From a virus, in the IMG/VR virus record IMGVR_UViG_3300031566_005149, positions 16,158-80,157 of that record: a stretch of DNA of 64,000 bases. The stretch is one strand, 5' to 3'. The position numbers and the translations under genes are program-made. This document shows, one piece after another, positions 10,495 to 20,327 of the stretch (the stretch's first letter is position 1; the number at the start of each line of letters is the position of its first letter). The notes under the pieces were generated by a model. The model worked only from the letters and a program-made list of their open reading frames with translations, was not told the DNA's origin and did no database searches.

Positions 10495-10788
10495 TTGAAA
10501 TTTGTCTTACCCAACAATTCGAAAAATAGTTTGATAAAAGCAGCAAACCTCGTTAAAGAAGGTTTTGCGAAATGGGAAAAAATGACAAAAACAAAACGAA
10601 ATATTATATCGGGTGTTTCGTTTGTTATGACAGGTCTTTTTCTTCCAAAAGCTATGCTCATGCTCGTCGTTTCATCGGTTTATGCTGGTAGACATATGTA
10701 CCTGAATGGTGAAGTTGAAAGAGCAGCAGAGGAAATCGTTATAAAAACAGACTGCTCCTGTTCAGAGCCCGAAGTCGGACATCTGTAA
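10495..10788 (+). CDS. Small membrane protein in an oppositely oriented mini-cassette
   Basis: SD AGGAGGT, TTG start, hydrophobic segment, followed by a hairpin. Confidence 0.7.
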   Translation: MKFVLPNNSKNSLIKAANLVKEGFAKWEKMTKTKRNIISGVSFVMTGLFLPKAMLMLVVSSVYAGRHMYLNGEVERAAEEIVIKTDCSCSEPEVGHL

Positions 10789-10799
10789 TCACTGTGTTA

Positions 10800-10824
10800 C
10801 TGGGGTCACGGTTAGTGACCCCAG
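10800..10824. terminator. Hairpin between convergent genes (likely bidirectional terminator)
   Basis: CTGGGGTCAC-GGTTA-GTGACCCCAG perfect 10 bp stem. Confidence 0.75.
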
Positions 10825-10838
10825 CTATATACCTATTT

Positions 10839-12794
10839 TTACTTGATGAAGAAGTTAAGTTCAATTCTTTCAACAACTCTGGTTGGTGTCAATGTAACAT
10901 TAACATGAAAAATCTTAGTTTTTCTTTCGTAGTCAGTAGCACTGACTTCAACCTCATAATTGTCCAGACCTCTTCTATTTTTGATGACTTCCAAGAAGTT
11001 GGTAACTTCACTGGCTACCTGACCCCAAGTTATCTCATCATTTTGCTCGAATATAAAGAAACGACAGAACTGTTCTAATGCTCTCTTACAGAACAGAACC
11101 AATCTAACGATGTTAAGATCTTGCAAAGCACTTGGTTTTGCCTGTGATGTTAGCTGACCCCAAACAACATATCCCTGAGCAAACTTAACAATTGGATTCA
11201 GTTGTTTTAGATACATCTGATCTCTCTGACCCAAACGTGGATTATAACGCAAATCCTTGATGGTATCAATTGATGCTCTATTAAAACCAGCAGCAGCAAA
11301 CCAGATTTCTGCAACATTATCATTTCTTGGAATCAAATAAGACATATGATAAATTGGTGAGAACCAAATATCAGAACCAGTAAATGGATCAGAAACTTTA
11401 TTATAAGGTTCATACATTGCAATATAAAAATTGTTGAATGTATTGGTGTTGTTTCTGGTCGATAAAGCAATATTTACTGTTGAGTTATCACCATTGTCGA
11501 TGATTCCGACACAATCTTTTCTTGTCTGACATAGTGTACTAATTGCACTCTTTACATCAGCTGGATAACCAGCATCATAGACCAGTGAGAAATAAATCAA
11601 CTCTGGATCAAGTATGTTATCATCTATGATTCCAGTATAGGCTTGTTCTAATAGAGTCTCAGCTTCGGCTGTATCAACAGCTCCAGTTCCAGTTCTCAAT
11701 GAACCTTCAGAACCTTGTCTTAATGGAACAGGAATTGAAGATGTAAAAAGATCAGCAACACTGACATTAGATTTACGAATTTTATAAGTGATTTTTTCTT
11801 CTGCGGTTGTTACGAGAGTTCCGGTATCACCAAGCCATCCTGGGGATGCACCTGACAAAGCTCTAGTTGGGTAAACTGTGATAGTTTCGTTATCAACACC
11901 ACTGGAAGCACCCAACCAACCCCACACGGAATTCCCTCTTGCGTCTTTGGCAATTACGACATAAGTTGCATTTCCTATTGCAGGAGTTTTTTGCCAATCT
12001 GAGAAATCTTGTTTGTCATCTGTGATTGTCATACTAACTAGATCAACATCGACATTACCAATTTCATTATCATAATTCTTGGCAATAAGCTTATATCCAT
12101 CTGTATATTCTCCGCTTGACAGTTCCATTTCTGCTCTCAGGATAGTGGAATAAGTTTCAAGAACAGAAACAATAAATATTGAATCTCCACCATTATCAAC
12201 TGCATTTGGGTCAAAGGACACTGCAAACGATTCTATGATAACATCGTCACCGTCTGTTTGTCGTTCATAGATATCCATTGTATACATACTATCGAGAGTT
12301 GGATTAGCTGCTTCGGTGATTCTAACCCCTATTCCATTGTAGTAATCACCTCTTCCGATTGGATATAGGAATGCCAAAGGTTGGGTGTCAACAACAGTAG
12401 CCAAGTTTGTTTGAAGCTCTCCTAAAGTATTCAAACTGGCAACATAGGTAATAGAGAGTGATGCAGTCGCGTCTCCACTGGCCAGTTGGGTGTCAATTCT
12501 CATATTTGAAAACGTTGCATCATCTGGAAGAACTCTCATCCAATACAAAGATCCAGATTCTCCTAAATGATTATAAGCAATGTATGGTCCTTGACCAAAG
12601 TTCTTGCCATAATCATTGATGTTTGGTTCGCCCCATTCGGAAACAAACTCCGCACGAGACCCAACGAAAATGATTTCGTTGTCTCGACCTTTCCTCGTAA
12701 ATCCATTGATCAGACCAATTGATGATGGTACGACCTGGACAAAGGTTGAAAGATCAATTATTTTGGTGTACACCCCAGGTGAAATATTTGCCAT
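10839..12794 (-). CDS. Tail sheath protein
   Basis: MANISPGVYTKIIDLS N-terminus; WFAAAGFNRA, LNPIV, VWGQLT, LNIVRL, FIFEQND C-terminal sheath domain; start moved to 12794 (SD GGAGG). Confidence 0.95.
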   Translation of the reverse strand: MANISPGVYTKIIDLSTFVQVVPSSIGLINGFTRKGRDNEIIFVGSRAEFVSEWGEPNINDYGKNFGQGPYIAYNHLGESGSLYWMRVLPDDATFSNMRIDTQLASGDATASLSITYVASLNTLGELQTNLATVVDTQPLAFLYPIGRGDYYNGIGVRITEAANPTLDSMYTMDIYERQTDGDDVIIESFAVSFDPNAVDNGGDSIFIVSVLETYSTILRAEMELSSGEYTDGYKLIAKNYDNEIGNVDVDLVSMTITDDKQDFSDWQKTPAIGNATYVVIAKDARGNSVWGWLGASSGVDNETITVYPTRALSGASPGWLGDTGTLVTTAEEKITYKIRKSNVSVADLFTSSIPVPLRQGSEGSLRTGTGAVDTAEAETLLEQAYTGIIDDNILDPELIYFSLVYDAGYPADVKSAISTLCQTRKDCVGIIDNGDNSTVNIALSTRNNTNTFNNFYIAMYEPYNKVSDPFTGSDIWFSPIYHMSYLIPRNDNVAEIWFAAAGFNRASIDTIKDLRYNPRLGQRDQMYLKQLNPIVKFAQGYVVWGQLTSQAKPSALQDLNIVRLVLFCKRALEQFCRFFIFEQNDEITWGQVASEVTNFLEVIKNRRGLDNYEVEVSATDYERKTKIFHVNVTLTPTRVVERIELNFFIK

Positions 12795-12795
12795 T

Positions 12796-13707
12796 TTAAT
12801 ATCCTCCGCTATCAAGTAATAGATTTTTTTGTTTTAAATTTAATTTTTTCTTCACTCTAAATATAATCTTCCTTGATAACTGATTGCCTCTAAGCAATTC
12901 GGCATTTAATAATCTTAAGTATTTTTTCCACAAAATTCTATTATAGTTTGTTTTTGTGTGGCAAGAAACGCATAAATATATTACATTTCTTCGCCTATTA
13001 TCTTTTTTTATATAATTTATATGGTGCAGATTCTTTTTATATCTACCCTTCAATTTACTTAAACAAATTCCACATAAGTAGGTTTGTTCTTTTAAAATTT
13101 GTTGTCTAAAACCAACATCAAAAAATTTAGCATCATATTCTGTGTGATAATTTTTTGGTTTTATTTCTTTTCGTTGCTTATTTTTAATTATTTCAGCTTT
13201 TTCTTTTCCATACATTTCCTCATAAGTTTTTCCAAGTTTATGAGTGCGATATTTCTTCATATTTTCAGATGTATGTTTTCTTCCAAAAAATGGATTGTTT
13301 TCACCAACATATCTTTTAGAAAATATGTTTGATAAATTCGCTTTTAATTTTTCAGACTTTTCTAGACCATGTATTTCTTCATATGTTTTTCCTTTATTAG
13401 GACCTTTCCCACACCTTCTAGTCCAATGATTATTTCCTTCTGTTAATTTTCTTCTACGATCCAGAATATCTTTATCGTTTGAAACACATTTGGTTGAACA
13501 AAATTCATGATACCCTATAGAAATATTTTTATATCGTGTCTTCTCTCCACAATAACATATTCCTTCATCATCCTTTTTTAAATATGTATCATAATATTCT
13601 TTGCTTGTTATTTTATGTGCCTGTGAAAAATGTCTTTGTAAAGATAATAAAATATTGAAATTTCTTTTGCATATTTCACATGTTTTGCCCTTTCTGCTAT
13701 TCACCAT
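12796..13707 (-). CDS. Free-standing homing endonuclease (zinc finger, NUMOD3 repeats, HNH)
   Basis: GENNPFFGRKHT NUMOD3; CGIC...LHHINYIKKDNRRRNVIYLCVSCH HNH. Confidence 0.85.
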   Translation of the reverse strand: MVNSRKGKTCEICKRNFNILLSLQRHFSQAHKITSKEYYDTYLKKDDEGICYCGEKTRYKNISIGYHEFCSTKCVSNDKDILDRRRKLTEGNNHWTRRCGKGPNKGKTYEEIHGLEKSEKLKANLSNIFSKRYVGENNPFFGRKHTSENMKKYRTHKLGKTYEEMYGKEKAEIIKNKQRKEIKPKNYHTEYDAKFFDVGFRQQILKEQTYLCGICLSKLKGRYKKNLHHINYIKKDNRRRNVIYLCVSCHTKTNYNRILWKKYLRLLNAELLRGNQLSRKIIFRVKKKLNLKQKNLLLDSGGY

Positions 13708-13719
13708 TATAATCCTATT

Positions 13720-14412
13720 TTATACGTAAATATACCAAATAAAAATGATCCGACGATCTACTGTTTTTATTAGGGTTGGAAACGTGACTCGGGCGAACAA
13801 ACTAAACTGTCCATTATATCCTGGATTGCGTGACTCTGCTGTATAAAGCCCCGCTTCACTTATCTGTTTTCCATTGCATAATGCTGTACCCATAGTCGTT
13901 GTAATTTTTCCTATTAACCATTTATCTTCATTATTAAAATCTCTTTCGAACTCGACGTTATCAAAGGGATATTTATAATATCCGGTGTTGGGGTAGATTC
14001 CACCGGCTACATGATAGTCAGCAGCTGATGAGTCAGTCGCACTTATCATGACCAGAGAACTAAGCTCAATATCAGTTAGTGTTGGTGGTATTGGAACCAA
14101 TGGATCAGCGACCCGAACTCCACCAGCACCAAATCCCATCCAATATAAAAATTCATCTTTTGTTGGTGTTGCACTTGAGTTCTCAACATCGAATATTCTT
14201 TGAACGACATACTCTCTGGCAAGATAAACGATTAAATTACTTTTATTTAAAAGTTTCTTCTGTCCACTATCATCAACCTCCCAAATCTCAACCCATCCTT
14301 TGGGTCTTCGTTCAGAACTTTGACCGGCAAAAACTGCATCACCTAAGCAATGATCTCCATATCTCTCTTCTGCTATGACTTCGATATCCTTAAGTTTTGA
14401 TTTATTTGTCAT
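13720..14412 (-). CDS. Putative baseplate / tail-fibre attachment protein
   Basis: NLIV..., MGFGAGG, ISEAGLY...LFARVTFPTLIKT...IFIWYI pattern of tail-collar/fibre proteins. Confidence 0.65.
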   Translation of the reverse strand: MTNKSKLKDIEVIAEERYGDHCLGDAVFAGQSSERRPKGWVEIWEVDDSGQKKLLNKSNLIVYLAREYVVQRIFDVENSSATPTKDEFLYWMGFGAGGVRVADPLVPIPPTLTDIELSSLVMISATDSSAADYHVAGGIYPNTGYYKYPFDNVEFERDFNNEDKWLIGKITTTMGTALCNGKQISEAGLYTAESRNPGYNGQFSLFARVTFPTLIKTVDRRIIFIWYIYV

Positions 14413-14454
14413 GATTTTATATATCCCTTACAAAAATTTTCTATTTCTAAATCC

Positions 14455-14470
14455 ATTTACTTTTTGTTCT
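14455..14470 (-). promoter_or_regulatory. Putative late promoter (AGAACAAAAAGTAAAT)
   Basis: Identical to the copy at 21553-21568. Confidence 0.65.
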
Positions 14471-14495
14471 AGTTTTTTTAAGAATAGCGTTTTAG

Positions 14496-14515
14496 CTATA
14501 TATATTAATAAGTGA
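14496..14515 (+). promoter_or_regulatory. Putative early promoter CTATATATATTAATAAGTGA
   Basis: Exact consensus copy. Confidence 0.7.
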
Positions 14516-14536
14516 TATAAACAAAGGAGGATTATA

Positions 14537-14614
14537 ATGATTAAGGTAGCAATAATCGTAATCGCAGTATTGGCCCTCGGAGCTTTGAAAAGAGCAATCA
14601 TGAAACATTATTAA
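14537..14614 (+). CDS. 25 aa hydrophobic peptide MIKVAIIVIAVLALGALKRAIMKHY
   Basis: SD AAGGAGG; below the ORF-track cutoff. Confidence 0.65.
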   Translation: MIKVAIIVIAVLALGALKRAIMKHY

Positions 14615-14632
14615 AAATAGGAGGTTAAAGGT

Positions 14633-14743
14633 ATGATGGCATCCGCAATTATAATTGCAACATTGATCGTGGAAACGGTCATATACGTAATGGGGGTTAA
14701 GTGTGGAATATTTACTCCCAAACACAAGCGAGTTAATAGATGA
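14633..14743 (+). CDS. 36 aa hydrophobic peptide MMASAIIIATLIVETVIYVMGVKCGIFTPKHKRVNR
   Basis: SD AGGAGGT; followed by terminator hairpin. Confidence 0.65.
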   Translation: MMASAIIIATLIVETVIYVMGVKCGIFTPKHKRVNR

Positions 14744-14754
14744 GATGAGGAGGA

Positions 14755-14792
14755 GAGGGTGATGCAGCTGATCACCCTCCCCATCTTTTTTT
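14755..14792 (+). terminator. Rho-independent terminator
   Basis: GAGGGTGAT/ATCACCCTC stem followed by a T-run. Confidence 0.7.
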
Positions 14793-14795
14793 GTC

Positions 14796-16040
14796 TTATA
14801 TATTCTTTAGACGCATGTGAGGAACCTTCTCGAAGGATTTGACATGATAAGCTTCAAGGTCTTCTTCAATCTGATATCCCGTAATTCCAGTTACATCTTG
14901 AAGGTCGACTTTCATTCCGTTTATTCCATCCTTTCGGACAATATAAACATTTTGGGAGGCTCTTGTTGATAGTTGTAAGCCGTGATCGGAATAGTCATTC
15001 CCACCACACAAACTTCCAGAACGAGCGTGAAGGTCAGTTATTTGAGCTGCATGATAATGACCCCAAATAACATAGTCTATTTTCTCCCCGATATGATCTG
15101 TCCATTTAGTTTTTATTTTTTGAATTTGAGTTGATACGTTACCATTTTTAATAGTGTGACCGTGAATGACTAAGATATTTTTATTAAGAACTCGAACAAC
15201 ATGCTCCTGAATAGGTTTATTCAAGAATACAATTCCTTTTGACTTTCTAAACATCAAACGAAGCATTTCAAATATCATTGTATCATAATTATCGGATACC
15301 ATCATATCACTATGACCCATCTCTTTACTAACACGACTTTCATTACCACTTACATAAGTCACTTCAAGATTAAACGATCTATTCATATCCATCAAAAACT
15401 GCTCCAGTAAAATACTAGAAAGAGCTGTTGCTCTGGCACGATTGGTGGCCATATTCATAAGTTCATCTAATCGTCTATCAGAATTGATAAGATCACCCGT
15501 TAATGCAATCATAACCTTTTTAATATTATATGCACCGAAAATTCGTTTGGCTTCCAATGCAAACTTTTTCAGTCGTTGTGATCCAATTCTAAAATCGAAT
15601 TGATTATGTCGTAAATTGATAAGTTCATTAAAATGAGCATCACTGATTTGCATGATTCCTTGAGCATTAGGATTGTATGATTTGTGGATGGTGGGTTGGT
15701 ATAATCCTCTTCCGTCGATGGCGGTTGTAAGTTCTGTTACATAATCTCCTATTGCGGAAGCATATCTAAACTCACTTCTAACCTTTCTTTCAACTCTTTG
15801 TTGATCTCTTAATCTTTGATTTCGCATCTCTAAAGAAAGGGCTTGTCGCGTCATACTATCAGTTGTTACAACATCCAACAAATGTCCATATACACTTACC
15901 GTCTGACGAACATAACGAGTACTACAACCTAAATCTCTAGATATTGATATATGGGTGACACCTTGAGCTTTGAGTTCGAGAATTTCTATTTGTAAATCGG
16001 AAAGCTGAACATTTTCTGGGGGTGTGAAATAATTCTGCAT
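14796..16040 (-). CDS. Calcineurin-like metallophosphoesterase with N-terminal HTH
   Basis: ISDAH, GDL, GNE, HGH, GHYH motifs. Confidence 0.85.
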   Translation of the reverse strand: MQNYFTPPENVQLSDLQIEILELKAQGVTHISISRDLGCSTRYVRQTVSVYGHLLDVVTTDSMTRQALSLEMRNQRLRDQQRVERKVRSEFRYASAIGDYVTELTTAIDGRGLYQPTIHKSYNPNAQGIMQISDAHFNELINLRHNQFDFRIGSQRLKKFALEAKRIFGAYNIKKVMIALTGDLINSDRRLDELMNMATNRARATALSSILLEQFLMDMNRSFNLEVTYVSGNESRVSKEMGHSDMMVSDNYDTMIFEMLRLMFRKSKGIVFLNKPIQEHVVRVLNKNILVIHGHTIKNGNVSTQIQKIKTKWTDHIGEKIDYVIWGHYHAAQITDLHARSGSLCGGNDYSDHGLQLSTRASQNVYIVRKDGINGMKVDLQDVTGITGYQIEEDLEAYHVKSFEKVPHMRLKNI

Positions 16041-16065
16041 AGTTTATCTCCTATTAGATCTTTGA

Positions 16066-16081
16066 ATTTATAGTATGTTCT
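16066..16081 (-). promoter_or_regulatory. Putative late promoter (AGAACATACTATAAAT)
   Basis: One-mismatch copy upstream of the 16040 start. Confidence 0.55.
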
Positions 16082-16111
16082 CGTTTTTAAAAATAGTTCT
16101 CGATAGTTCTA

Positions 16112-16324
16112 CTATAAAAGTTTATTAATCAAATAAGGGCATCTTTGCCATTTAACAAAACTATCTCCCAAATTAAGTATATCAAATTCTAATTTTTCAC
16201 AACATTTACCACATCTATTACAAGGAATTTCACAAGATGGAAATAATAAAAGATTTATTACTTTTGGGAATTCTTTACATATTTCAGGTCTTTTATCATA
16301 GATTGAACATTTATATATTATCAT
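16112..16324 (-). CDS. Cys-cluster protein, YkgJ/CxxCxxCC-like, with motifs in permuted order
   Basis: CSIYDKRPEICKEFP, CNRCGKCC, CPYL. Confidence 0.65.
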   Translation of the reverse strand: MIIYKCSIYDKRPEICKEFPKVINLLLFPSCEIPCNRCGKCCEKLEFDILNLGDSFVKWQRCPYLINKLL

Positions 16325-16325
16325 G

Positions 16326-18344
16326 CTAAATTGAGCTTGAGCTTGAGCTCGTTGATGAAGAACTTACCGAACTCGAACTCAATGAGCTTGAACTGAATGA
16401 GAAACTCAATGAGCTTGAACTCGTTGACGAACTCGATGAGCTTGAACTGGTTGATGAACTCGATGAGCTTGAACTGGAAGAAGTAGAACTGGATGAACTA
16501 CTTGAGCTGACCGATGAACTAGAACTCGAAGAACTGGATGAACCGGTCACATCCTCAATTATAATGACACATAAATCCTGACCGGCCACACAATCGAATG
16601 TTCCACCATAATCATAATCAGCCATACCACCAGTTTGAATGTGAACATAATTCACATTCGTATTCGAAGTTTCATCTGTGAATGGTGTTATATCACCACT
16701 AACTTCGATATTATCAATTATGATTCCAGCATTGGTTGCATCATATGGAATACACATAAGACCGTCTGTAATTTCATCTTCTATTTGAAATTGCATTTCC
16801 ACCGGAATATCAGATACAATTCCAAGATCAAAATATGATCCACAATCATATGTGTCTCTCTGATAGTAAATATTTGTAGAAGTAGAATCAGAATCAATAC
16901 ATATCGTTTGGACATCAGTACTATCTATATTCAGAGCACAGCAAGGTATCCCATCAGCGGTTGCATAATCATACACCTTATGTTCAATTTCAATTGTTCC
17001 TAAAACATCTTCTAAAACAAGACTATTAAAAAGTCTGTTTCTAAATTGAAGTGCTTCAAAGAGAATGAATCTTGCTCGATACGGTTTAAAGAAATTAACA
17101 ACAGGTTTCAGATCTTTAAAGAATGCAGATAGACCATCAACCATATAGGCAAAGTTTATAAAACCAAACCCAATATTATTTCTAACCCATATTGATAAAT
17201 CATTGATTAGAGAACTTAAAACATCTATTGGGAAATCAGTCGTTAAAAGATCATCTATATCTGTTTTTAAAGTTGGGTCCAATACAGATAATATATTTTT
17301 TGCGTCTGTTAGATTTTGTAAAAAGTTTGATGGTTGAATTCTAGTGTATTGATCGTAGTAAGCGTCCAATCTAATAAGAATTCCTTCTCTCGTTTTCGGT
17401 TGGCTGGTTAAAGATTCATAATCCGATTTAATTTGTACGAAGTTTGTGTCTGTTCCGTCATAACATAAAAATAAATCTCCATCAACTCCTGTTGGGAAAT
17501 AGGTATTGAACACATATAATACACCAAGATATAAACCCAAGAGAGAAGATATTCCAGCGGTTGTTCGTATTTCCGCGTTCTGTGGTAATGTCCCCCCTCC
17601 GGAATATACCTCATATTGATCTTGAATTCGTCTGCTTAATATTGCAGATTCTGGACCCTCAGTATCGATTACAGGTCTAATACCAATATAAGGAGCCTTC
17701 GAGGGGAGATTGATTTTTTCTATATTATGAAGTGCTAAGATTTGTGCTTCCGTATATAACCAATGTGGGTCTGAATCAGTAAACTCTGGATATTCAACAT
17801 TTAAAACTCCAGGATTAACAGTTGTTCCAGCAATGGCATTACCACGAAATATTAAAGAAGTGTTACTTTCCAATCTCAGAAAAAATTCAAATATGTCAAC
17901 TTCAGCTAATCCATAATACTGAAGAACATCGACTAATGCTTGAGGAGTTCCTTTAACTTTATAAAGGTTAACAAGATCAAGCATGAGAGCAACTTTAGTT
18001 GATAGTGGGTTTTCATCATAGTCTCGAAGAGTTACAGAATAATTATATCCAAAACTTCTAAATAATTCATCGAGATCCGAATTGCTCATTGAATATGGAT
18101 CTGAGAGTGTGGATGTTGTTTTAACAACGGTTTTATGAGCAGAATATAAATCAACGAGAAATTTTCTAAGTCTTTTATAATCAGCTGTGTTATAAGATAA
18201 CTGATCGATAACATTACCAAAATATATATCTGAACGAGCGTCCTGATCTTTGGCTTCGGCATTTAAGGTGTCGGTGAGGCTACTTGGATTTGCGCCGTTT
18301 GCCGATCTTAAAATATCCCAGAATATATCTATATTAAAAGACAA
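16326..18344 (-). CDS. Baseplate wedge / tail protein (gp7 or P2 gpI-like N-terminus) with C-terminal poly-Ser tail
   Basis: LDELFRSFGY...LVNLYKVKGTPQALVDVL; VNFFKPYRA; about 70-residue Ser tract at the end. Confidence 0.7.
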   Translation of the reverse strand: MSFNIDIFWDILRSANGANPSSLTDTLNAEAKDQDARSDIYFGNVIDQLSYNTADYKRLRKFLVDLYSAHKTVVKTTSTLSDPYSMSNSDLDELFRSFGYNYSVTLRDYDENPLSTKVALMLDLVNLYKVKGTPQALVDVLQYYGLAEVDIFEFFLRLESNTSLIFRGNAIAGTTVNPGVLNVEYPEFTDSDPHWLYTEAQILALHNIEKINLPSKAPYIGIRPVIDTEGPESAILSRRIQDQYEVYSGGGTLPQNAEIRTTAGISSLLGLYLGVLYVFNTYFPTGVDGDLFLCYDGTDTNFVQIKSDYESLTSQPKTREGILIRLDAYYDQYTRIQPSNFLQNLTDAKNILSVLDPTLKTDIDDLLTTDFPIDVLSSLINDLSIWVRNNIGFGFINFAYMVDGLSAFFKDLKPVVNFFKPYRARFILFEALQFRNRLFNSLVLEDVLGTIEIEHKVYDYATADGIPCCALNIDSTDVQTICIDSDSTSTNIYYQRDTYDCGSYFDLGIVSDIPVEMQFQIEDEITDGLMCIPYDATNAGIIIDNIEVSGDITPFTDETSNTNVNYVHIQTGGMADYDYGGTFDCVAGQDLCVIIIEDVTGSSSSSSSSSSVSSSSSSSSTSSSSSSSSSSTSSSSSSSSTSSSSLSFSFSSSSLSSSSVSSSSTSSSSSSI

Positions 18345-18360
18345 ATTTTATTCCTCCTAT

Positions 18361-19032
18361 TTATATACAGCCACCTACATTACGAACATATTGATTGGAT
18401 GTGGTTTTAAAGTATTCATCTATAAGTACCAACTCGAACATATTTTCCAATACTAACACGGTTCCAGATACCACAGTTATATTGTTATATCTTGAAACAT
18501 CTCCATAAATTTTTAATTTTAAATACAGGTAAATTAATTGAGATAGATTTGTCGATAGACTATTATAATTAACTGTTAAGATTCCAGATGTGGAATCAAA
18601 CACTGCAACAGAAGCCGTTGAATCTATAATCGTTACTCCCGTTGAATCCTGACGATAAGCAAGCAATGAATCGAGCAATGTTAAATCACCTTGATCCAAT
18701 AGAAATATGTTATCACCGGCATCGTTCAATTGCAGATAGTTTGCTGCGGCTCCAAATACCATCATACGCGATCTAACTAAGGACGGCCAATTGGCGTTAG
18801 ACATACCACCACTATATTTATATTTATAAAAATTTTCAGAATAATTTTCATTGAATAGCAATTCCACAACTGATCCTGTTGACAACCAGATTGTATCGAT
18901 ATCAACTGGCGCAGGAACCACAAACTTATTAAGGGATGAATTTATAACAAATTCATAGAACCAATGCTGTAGCTCTGGAACAAGTTTTACAGAGACTACC
19001 TCATGAAGTGCTGCTCCAATGCATTCTGACAA
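18361..19032 (-). CDS. Hypothetical, probably virion, protein
   Basis: SD GAGG, TTG start; three DST motifs in tandem. Confidence 0.65.
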   Translation of the reverse strand: MSECIGAALHEVVSVKLVPELQHWFYEFVINSSLNKFVVPAPVDIDTIWLSTGSVVELLFNENYSENFYKYKYSGGMSNANWPSLVRSRMMVFGAAANYLQLNDAGDNIFLLDQGDLTLLDSLLAYRQDSTGVTIIDSTASVAVFDSTSGILTVNYNSLSTNLSQLIYLYLKLKIYGDVSRYNNITVVSGTVLVLENMFELVLIDEYFKTTSNQYVRNVGGCI

Positions 19033-19042
19033 TTATTTATCC

Positions 19043-19609
19043 TCACTCTTCATTGATATCAGTTTTTAGACAGTTACCTGTACTAAGCATGTCTAATGTA
19101 TGAATGAATAAAACGTATGGTGGAAATTGATTAAAATCAATGCTATTTTTATTTGGATTATCTGAACTCCACATTCCACTGTGAAATCTGATCATGAGCT
19201 CTAAAGTTTTTACTTGCTCATCGCTAAATATTTCTTTCAGTGTTGATTCGTTTTCAGCTATAACATCACCCATTATCCTGTCGTGATTGGTGGCGGTGTG
19301 TTTCATTGTGCCATTCCGTCCATACTTAAAAGCGTCATGCCAAACAATAGCCAATAACACAATATCACATTCTGATGTCTTCTTATTTACTCCAAACATT
19401 CTAAGAATTTTATATGTTCCGTAAAGCATTTCATAGACATGCTCTGCACAGGATGGGACTCTTCCATTTTCTTTCTTATGATACTTTCCCGTTGAAGATG
19501 TTGGTAGCTCCCAAATATTCGGAAACAATCCATTCAATTGTTTCCACAGAGCGTAAGCCCTGTTCGTTAAACCTTTTTCCAATAAATCATTAATTGCTTT
19601 TGTATACAC
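19043..19609 (-). CDS. HD-domain phosphohydrolase
   Basis: PTSSTGKYH...EH, WHDAFKYG, H...FHSGMW, HTLDM. Confidence 0.85.
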   Translation of the reverse strand: MYTKAINDLLEKGLTNRAYALWKQLNGLFPNIWELPTSSTGKYHKKENGRVPSCAEHVYEMLYGTYKILRMFGVNKKTSECDIVLLAIVWHDAFKYGRNGTMKHTATNHDRIMGDVIAENESTLKEIFSDEQVKTLELMIRFHSGMWSSDNPNKNSIDFNQFPPYVLFIHTLDMLSTGNCLKTDINEE

Positions 19610-19627
19610 AATTCTCGTTTCCTTTCC

Positions 19628-19643
19628 ATTTATTATTTGTTCT
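19628..19643 (-). promoter_or_regulatory. Putative late promoter (AGAACAAATAATAAAT)
   Basis: Consensus copy. Confidence 0.6.
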
Positions 19644-19646
19644 CTA

Positions 19647-20294
19647 TTAAATTTTTATTTCGTCATCAATTTTCGTAACGTTTCCACCATTTAATTGTGT
19701 AAGAAATTTATTCATTGACCTATCGGCAAACCAAAAAGTTACAGAAGATATGGTAAGATAAGTCACGACACCAGTAATCTCAGTGAATATACCAACGGCT
19801 TGAACGCTTGTTAGTGAAATACCATTTTGTTGCATTATACGCCATGCCAACATAGTTATCCAGGTTGTAACACCACATAAATATACGGTCAAAGCTGGTC
19901 TTAACATTCCTCGAACAAAATCACTCAACCCAAATAATGTTGCTATTAAAGACGCCAGTGGAAGTGTAATAATCTTCCATCTTCCTGTGACAGAAAATAA
20001 TTTTTCAATCCATTTGTTATTGAACAAGGCCTTATTTCCTTCCTTTTGTCCCTGTATAAAAGCCTGAGCATCGGTTAATTCTATTTCCCCCTCCACCGTT
20101 GCACGAGTGATGGCTATGGAAGCTTTGGATTCCTGTATCATTGCGGCTGTCTCTGCTTCCACCATCTTTAACTCATGTTCATTACCAGCTTTCTTAATGT
20201 CCAATTCTAGTTTTTGAGCTTTATATTTGAAAATTCCACCAACAACATTTCCAATAATTCCAGTGGCCATTCCAAGTATAGTTTCTAAAATCAT
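19647..20294 (-). CDS. Putative holin-like membrane protein
   Basis: VRGMLRPALT and FWFADRS resemble 3TM-holin motifs; adjacent to DUF5675 gene. Confidence 0.6.
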   Translation of the reverse strand: MILETILGMATGIIGNVVGGIFKYKAQKLELDIKKAGNEHELKMVEAETAAMIQESKASIAITRATVEGEIELTDAQAFIQGQKEGNKALFNNKWIEKLFSVTGRWKIITLPLASLIATLFGLSDFVRGMLRPALTVYLCGVTTWITMLAWRIMQQNGISLTSVQAVGIFTEITGVVTYLTISSVTFWFADRSMNKFLTQLNGGNVTKIDDEIKI

Positions 20295-20327
20295 GAATTT
20301 ATCCTCCTCTTACCATATCTTTAATTA

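Noticed and set aside
12796-13707. Group I intron around the endonuclease
   Set aside because: Flanking genes appear complete and there is no room for intron core structure.
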